The notes under the pieces: model-generated
Told to the model about the DNA's origin: nothing
The model's database searches: none
Seen by the model: only the letters and a program-made list of their open reading frames with translations
Shown here: positions 55,741 to 64,000 of the stretch, one piece after another
Position numbering within the stretch: position 1 is the stretch's first letter
How the letters are laid out: each line of letters begins with the position of its first letter
Made by a program: the position numbers and the translations under genes
Source of the DNA: Octopus vulgaris
Taxonomy: Eukaryota
Length of the DNA stretch: 64,000 nucleotides
NCBI GenBank assembly: GCA_951406725.2
Contig: OX597831.1
Location: 81,902,001 to 81,966,000 of the forward strand
Direction: 5' to 3'

Positions 55741-56134
55741 TTTGTAATCGTAGGAGCTTAAGCATTAATCAAGCTATAACACAGCATCCTTTTTTAATAG
55801 GGACTCATAAAGTCATTATCCAATCGCGAAACGGCCGGTTTTGGAATCTAGTTTGTCCAAAGGGCAATTGTTTTGGTGTGAGGTGAGTTTGGCAAAGCCA
55901 ATTCCAGACAGACGTCTTGGCTTTGTTGATTCACCACCACCCCCACTCAAAAGGTATGTGTAATCCGTAACCAGGCTTTTGTTAAATTCCTCTTGTAATG
56001 GTCCTATCTGACTATGAAGGCGAAATACGTTTCTATTATATTTCATACACTGAAGCACGTCCACGAAAAACAGGAAAATCTACATTTATTACAATGAAGG
56101 GCCATGGTTTATTCTCCACGCCTCATTCACTTTA

Positions 56135-56208
<74 letters not shown>

Positions 56209-56243
56209 TTATCTGTCTATCTGTCTGTCTGTCTATCCGTCTG

Positions 56244-56332
<89 letters not shown>

Positions 56333-56406
56333 ATGTTTGTCTCTCTCTCTCCCTCTCCTCTGCCAATATATATATAAATATATATATATAGACACACACG
56401 CTCACA

Positions 56407-56451
<45 letters not shown>

Positions 56452-57262
56452 TCAGAAGCACACACGTACACACGCCTCCATTCACACACATTTATATACA
56501 CATGCAGATAGGCAGGTATATCATATTATTGCATTCTTACACGAGAATGCCTACCTTAATAAAACTGAGAATATAGAGAAGCGGGTGGGGCGGGGTGGCG
56601 CAGTTGCGTGGTTCTATATTTACTGGTCCTCGTTCTTCAATGGTAACTGTTGCAGCAATACACCACTGGTAGAATTCCCAGAAAACTCACACAGAGAATA
56701 AGGGCACAAGAGTGGCGACTGCTAAATATAAACTACCAACCAACCCACCCCACCTACCTACCTAGCTACCCACCCACCCACCCACCTACCACCTTACTTA
56801 CCTACCACCCCACCTACCTCAGCATGGTGTTTCAGATTCGTTGGTTGCAATCAACGTTTCAACGTGTGTGTGTGAGAGTGAGTGTATATGTGTGTATATA
56901 TGTGTGTGTGTGTGTGTGTGTGCGTGCGTTTGTGTACACATACAAACACACGCACACACACACATACACACACGAGTACCACGAGACTAACCTCGAGTGC
57001 GTGAAGACTACTTTGGTACTGTGCACGAAATACATCATTCAATCACACATATACACACATGTACATATATATAAATATATATATACATACGTACATACAT
57101 ACACACACACACACACACATATTTATATATATATATATATATATATATACGTTTAAATATTTGTTATGCAAGATGTTTTATGTGAAGTCGTGTGTTGAAA
57201 CAGATATTGTTATATTTCGGAATGGTCATTTTGCCAGTTTAGCCAATAAAAACACACGCACT

Positions 57263-57445
57263 ATATATTTGGTGTTACTTTGCTTCAGTGTTATTTATTT
57301 TTTACATTAATCTTAATCTTATTTCGGCCAGAGTTCTTTCGTCACAAAGGACCACTGATGCGGTCACAGGAGTGTGACGAAAGAACTCTGGCCAAAATAA
57401 GATTAAGATTAATGTAAAAATAAATAACACTGAAGCAAAATAACA

Positions 57446-57455
<10 letters not shown>
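57263..57455. mobile_element. Fold-back element with ~84-bp inverted arms and a hammerhead-like motif, in (TA)n
   Basis: Arms 57263-57346 and 57373-57455; CCA-CTGATGC-G-GTCACA-GGAG-TGTGAC-GAA-AGAACT-C-TGG at 57352-57391. Confidence 0.7.
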
Positions 57456-57488
<33 letters not shown>

Positions 57489-57759
57489 CTGTATGATTAT
57501 ATATTCATATATATGTGTAGACATGTATTAATAACAGATACGTGTACATGCGTGTATGTGTATGTATGTGTATATATACGTGTGTGTGTGTGTGTGTGTA
57601 TGTATATATATATACATATATATAGAAAGTTAAAGCAGTGATTTTAAATTCTCAAACGCAGGATAATGCTAATGATATAACCTGAACAGGATAAACTACC
57701 CCTATTTTGCAGAAACAAGTGTTGGCGGCCAGCTATATATATATGTATAATATATACTT

Positions 57760-57857
<98 letters not shown>

Positions 57858-58488
57858 GATATGTTTGTATAAAATCTAGAAGCAGTACTCAGCAGATCTT
57901 CAACCTTTGCACCTTCGTAATGAAAGGTCTCCGACACCAAAAATAACCACATCGTATTTAAGAAGGTGTTTAATAGAGCTTTATCTCAATCAACTGCAGT
58001 GAGCCACCCTGGGCCAGTGTGGAACACTCTGAGTCACAATGGTTCGCAGTGGGCCTTTTCTGGGCCATAATGAAGAAATTCAACATGGGGACAGAAAATG
58101 ATTTGTACTTTTCAACAGCTTTATGTAATGGTAACCTGTGCGCTATTCATGCAACGTTCCATCGGAGAAGGGTCTCGGCGAAGGAACCCGGCAGGGCTGC
58201 CTCATTTCCCCAATTCTCTGTAATATCTTCTAGGAGCATCTTAATTAGAGACTCCACAAAATCTGCGAAAATTAACGAAAACATGAACAAATGCCGACGG
58301 TACCTGTGCAACAAATGTCACTGTTGAAGGAGAGAAACTAAAGAAAGTGCAGCAGTTCAAATAGTTTGGAAGCCATGGTTAATGGTAAGGGGTCAAGGTC
58401 TTAAATCCTTACAAGAACCACATAGACAATCCCGGCACTAAACAAATTCAAACTGATATGAAGAGATAGCAGCATCAATATGACCACC

Positions 58489-58537
<49 letters not shown>

Positions 58538-58569
58538 GCAGCAGCAGCAGCAGACTCCCGCATTCCCTT

Positions 58570-60000
58570 CTAATTTCCATCTTCCTGCTGTGATGTGGGT
58601 CCATCTGGCATCTCTGTTAAAAAGTTGTTCAGACGTTCTTTAAATATTCCCACATCTACACTTCATATATCTCTAAGGTTGTCCGCAAGAATGTTGAATA
58701 GCTATTAAGGTACTGGGTCCTTTTCCGAGATGGAGCAGTCGGAGTCTTTAGCACTATGCAGTGTCGCTCAATTCAGATCTTTCAGTTCCAAAGTTGGGAG
58801 CTCAACCTTCCAGGATCGTCCTTATATGAATCACTGCATGTCCTTCACGCCTTCTCTCAAGAGGGAAGAGCGAAGAGCTTCCATTTATGTAGCCTTTCCC
58901 AGGATCTCCTCTGTTTCACCAAATCAATCTTATGTGTGTTGTGGCGCTGGATTGCCTCAAGTTTCCCCACCCGTTTGAGGCTCTGTGGTCACCACAGTTG
59001 GCAGCAGTAATCCGAACGACTGAGAGCAAAAATTCTGCAAAAGAGTAGCATGATAACTCTTTTTCTGGTTCTGAATGATCTCAGAATCCATCCAGCTGCT
59101 CGCCCGCACACTGTTGCCATCTTCATGATATTCACATGGAAAGTTGCATCGTTGCTCATGTGGATTCCCTGGTCACGCACCGACTCTGACTCTGAGATTG
59201 CACTATTCGCTGGCCCTGTGCATTCCGACTGTTGTCTGCTTTGGGGCCGATAGTGGACTGCTTAAAACCTCTCAGCATTGAACTGCATGTTATTTTCATC
59301 GACCCATATGTATATTGCTGTCCTTTTTCGTATGTCATGAGAGTCCTTGGCCACCTGCGATACTTCTGAATCGTCAGCATAGCTGGTGAGAGTGTGGTTG
59401 CACTTATGGCTGAGGGTGTGCCTGAGAGAGCCACCACAAACAATATTGGTCCCAGGACAGTTCCTTGAGGGAGTCCACTGCGAATTGATGTTTCCCCAGT
59501 GAGAAAACAATTGGCTGCAACTGTCTGACTTTCAAAAAGTAATGCAGCCATCTTCCCAGTTTTCCTATGATACCAAGATCACGCAGTTTGTGACGTATCA
59601 CCACATGATCAACTTTGTCAAAGACCTTGGCAAAGCCGGGATACATCACATGCACATTTGAGTGGCTGAGCAGCTGTTTCAGTACCCACCCATAATGCTG
59701 TAGTAGCTGTGTGAAGAAGATCCACCCCGGTCGAAAGCCATGTTGTGTGTTTGTGAGGAAGTTATTTTCTTCCAGGAACGTTATCAGACAATGCGTTCCA
59801 TAACCTTGGTAACGAAGTCGCAGAGATAGGCCTGTAATGTTTGGCATCTGCTCTGCTTCCTCCTTTATGGACAGGACATAGGATCCCTTCCTTGAATAGT
59901 TTGGGAAGTTTACAACAGGCAAGGAAACTCAGAAAAAGTACCTGCAGTGCTTTGGCGAAAGTTTTCTTGCCTGTCTTTAAAAGAACAGCTGGAAATCTAC
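58570..60000 (-). mobile_element. Decayed CR1/L2-group LINE RT region
   Basis: FPAVLLK, HKGGSRADAKHYRPIS, QHGFRPG, FAKVFDKVDH, SGLPQGTVLGPILF, YADD, ENNMQFNAERF; multiple frameshifts. Confidence 0.85.
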
Positions 60001-60241
60001 ATACATACATACATACATACAATACATACAAACATACATACATACATACATACATACATACATACATACAAACATACATACATACAAACATACATACATA
60101 CATACATACATACATACATACATACACTCACATATATATCTACAGGTTTGTTGGTGCCAATACACGAAACTCTCGGATCTTGAGTCACTCTGTTGCTTTT
60201 GCTAAATATTAATATATGTATATGTATATATATATATTTAC

Positions 60242-60272
<31 letters not shown>

Positions 60273-60292
60273 TGTATGTATGTATGTATGTA

Positions 60293-60331
<39 letters not shown>

Positions 60332-61246
60332 ATAGAAATGGTAAGACAACAAAAGAATGAAAGAAACCTCAATATTATGTAAATAGAAGAATTTATCTGT
60401 AAATATAATATGTCACAATTGTTCGGTAGCCATGATGAAACTCCGAGCTTCGGATGTCGGGGCGGAAACCCACGCCGCCATCTCTTCAGTTACCGGGGAA
60501 TGTATGTATGTATATATGTATGTATATATGTATTGAAATTTTAAGTTGTGTCCTGACATATATCTTGATTCTTCAAACTTCAAATTACAAAGTCTAAATC
60601 AGAAAGATCTTGAAATAACTCAGGAACTATTTGAACAGAAATCGGTCGATGGAATTACAGTTCTTACAGCTGAAGGAAATAGTTCTGAAAGTTTTCCAAA
60701 TAGTTAACAAATGTAGAATTGCATAACCAAGAGCGATGCGGCTAAACGAGAATAATTTAGATTGTATAAAAGACTGCAGACATTTGGTCTTCTGACGTCA
60801 ACGCTACAAAGAACTGCGTCGAAGAAATAAGGTGGAATTGTTCATTTGTATATAATTCTAGTGGAATATAATAATATACACAAACACAACACACTCATAC
60901 TGCGCACGCGCACCTTTAATGGAGGACTAAAGAAAAAAGTTGACTTCGGTGAGATTTGAAATCGAGATCCAAAGGTTCATAATTAAATTCTGCGCAGTGT
61001 TTTGTTCGACCCACCATCAATGCTGCCAATCCGTTGCAAAACTAGTAATTCTTTCTATTCTCGGTACAAAGCCGGAAATTTTGAGGAGTTGGGCAGGATA
61101 GTCAATAGCATGGATCCCAGTGTCCCACTGAGAATTAATTTATCGACCTCGGAGGATCTTGAACTCATAACGTAAACACGAACGAAAGGCTGCTAAGCAT
61201 TTTGTCCAGAGTGAACATAATTCTAACCGCTCGCCAAATTCACTGC

Positions 61247-61352
<106 letters not shown>

Positions 61353-62915
61353 ATGGTTTTAAGGTTTGGCAGATGGCCAGCAGTTTCAGAGGAGGGAGTG
61401 AGTCGATTAGATCGACCTCGGCGGAATTTGAACTCAGGACTTAAAGACAAGCAAATGCCGCGAAGCAATTTGCTCGGTGTGTTGACGATTCTGCCAGCTC
61501 GCTGCCTTCACTGCAACAACAACAACGACTACGTCGATGATGATGGTGGTGGTGGTGGTGGTGGTGGTGATGATGATGATGATGATGATGATTTCATTTA
61601 TTTGCCACCGGGGCGAAGGATGAGGTGGACAAAACAAAGACAGACCTAAAGTCTTGGGGTTTACATATAATGAAATGATAAAAGAATGAAAGTGTGCACA
61701 GCATACAATAAACAAAGAAAGTATACAGAGTACACAACCGTAAAGAAAAAAAGGATCGAAGAACCCCACTGCACAAGCCCCCCACCCCACCCCAAGAAAA
61801 GGGAAAGTACTCTCTCCAATCCCTTTTCTCTGACTCACAGGTCTATACTTTGAGCGCTGCTATCATTTTCGCAACTTTCTCGATAATGATAATAATAATG
61901 TTTCTAATTTCAGCACAAGGCCATCATATTTAAGGGAAGGGCATTTTCATCACCCTCAATAGTTGACTGGTACTTATTCAGTTGGTCCCGAAAGAGTGAA
62001 AGGAAACGTCGACCTCGGTGACGTAAAGAATCATAAGAAATGCGATTAAGCATTTTGTCAGACGCCCAATCAGCTCTAGCAAAAAAGGGCTTGACATTTT
62101 AAAATGTCTGAAACAGAAGATACTTACAAAATCGTAACGAGCCCGTCAATATAAAGAAGCTATAAAGATTCTTTGAATATATCGATCATGGATACAACAG
62201 CCATGAGTAAGTTAGCTCCAATAATATAGTGATAGATCAAACCCATCATGTGTAAATGGCAAAATACAGCAAAAAAGAATTGTAAATATTAAACCTATTT
62301 CTATTAGAAGAGGAATATTCCAAAAGGACACCCTCTCTCCACCCGTTTTCTGCTCGAAGCTTATACTAAAATACTGAAATAGAATGAACTTGGTTACACA
62401 TGTTAAGAGAATTTGACCTGAACTTATACGCTGCAACTGATAAACAATTAAAAACACTGCTGCAGAAAGTACACGGATTCACTAAGACTGACATAGGTTT
62501 CAGTTTATAAAAATGTGCTAAAGAATCTTTGAAAAGACCAAAGTTAATTGAAAATACAAATATCATCATAGAAAAGGAACGGTGATGTGAGAATTGCAAC
62601 TATGTACTCATAAATTTACGAGAATCATTTAATGTGACAAACTACAACACAAATAGATGAAAGATAAAGATATAAATATTGTAACCGTATTAGATTATTA
62701 CTTAAAATAGAGCTAAATGTCAAAAATACGTTGATATCCATTGATATCCTGGCTGCTCAAATAACAATTTATACCAGTAATTTAATCGAAAGCTGTTTCA
62801 CGTGCTTGAATCAATTAGCCTGGTTAACTTTCGTACAAATCAATAAACGTTTTGTTTCTCGATCTCTTTATTGGATGAATATTTTTCGGCGTATATCCGA
62901 ACATCCGATGTATCT

Positions 62916-62957
62916 GCCACTGAAGAGACCTAATCAAATCGAAACATCGTGTCTGTC
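62916..62957 (+). ncRNA. Minimal hammerhead-like motif at the end of a decayed, possibly Penelope-like region (~62080-63020)
   Basis: GCCA-CTGAAGA-GA-loop-TC-GAAAC-ATCGT-GTC-TGTC: canonical core and GUC triplet, but weak stems. Confidence 0.45.
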
Positions 62958-64000
62958 TATTCACCGAGTTTCAGAGCAAAACCCTGGGTTACTAACACAA
63001 AAATTTCATTGAAAAGTTACCGTTCCATACATATATATGTATACATTATGAATAATATACACACCAACATTTTAAGATATAGTTATAATATTCTCAACCG
63101 TAAGCTAAATGGACTCGCAAGAGTAGACAGGAAAACAAGCAAATAATGACTGCATATATACAATATGCCTCTTAGATCTACGAAAAACATATATTACCAC
63201 GATATCGAATACTAGTAGGTCAAACACAACTAGAAAAACTAATATAAAATACCCACAGTAGGATCACAAAAGCCTTTTTAACTGAAATTACTAAACATAA
63301 TGAGGAAGAATAAAATAACGCCAGAAAAGGAACTAGAGAATGATGAAGCGACTATATTTAGGGATCTGTTGCTCCGCACAGACAAGAATGTCAAGTTTCA
63401 TCGATGGGATATTTTTGGGAAAGGACCAGCAGGAAAGAAAATAACTCTAAACTGAAGCCTAGGTCCTAACAGACGATAATTTGTCCCCAAAAGAATTGGA
63501 AAAAAATATTCAGCTATAAAGTTCTCGAAATAAAGACAAACAGAACGTAGGAATTGGTATTGGCTTTAGGGACCAGTTATGAGTGTAGTGTTTAAGCTGA
63601 AGGGACAAGGCTGACACATTTAAGAATATTGTTTTAAAAGGGAGAGACAATGACGCTTCTGGTCAAGACATAATCCATGTTTACGACCCTTTGAAAAAGA
63701 AGAGGAAGGATCAGAGAAGACAGGAGCAATCTAAGGATCGGTCAGAACAAACGAAGAGGGGAATATTAGCCCATGGAAGAAGTCTGAGGACTGGTCTCTT
63801 GGCAATACCAAAAGTTGTTTCGTCTATTTTTGCATTAATCCCTTGCAGAGATGCCTTGCAACCGGTTCCAATGTTTGGCTCATTCATATTCTTTATAAAA
63901 ATCTGCCTGTCTGTCTGTCTGTGAGTCACTCCTGCTTTTATCGTAATTGGTGCCAAAGATATTCTGGGAGGAAACACAAATACCACCCCCCTCGTTACTT

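Overview
Microsatellite-saturated, AT-rich animal genomic DNA. It is almost certainly a coleoid cephalopod, probably Octopus: the myosin light chain closely resembles squid mantle RLC as I recall it, and the SINE/LINE content fits. Most ORFs in the track are microsatellite artefacts. Two spliced genes, arranged tail-to-tail, can be rebuilt from GT-AG boundaries. (1) The 3' six coding exons of a CCDC125-like gene (+, 1687-12287). (2) A complete myosin regulatory light chain gene (-, CDS 40513-23742, probable 5'UTR exon near 52.6-52.7 kb). The RLC gene has two adjacent, apparently mutually exclusive N-terminal exons: a short striated-type exon with no phosphorylation site and a longer smooth/non-muscle-type exon with the RATSN MLCK site. 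The rest holds a 5'-truncated Tx1/L1-clade LINE embedded in (GATA)n, decayed RTE- and CR1-like LINEs, tRNA-derived SINEs and a MITE. It also holds a dispersed set of short, mostly (TA)n-embedded elements carrying minimal hammerhead-ribozyme motifs (Penelope/retrozyme-like). One of these is a 1.23-mer with 113-bp direct repeats, and one has a compensatory G3-C8 core swap inside a 120-bp inverted repeat. All homology statements are from memory and manual reading; no searches were run.
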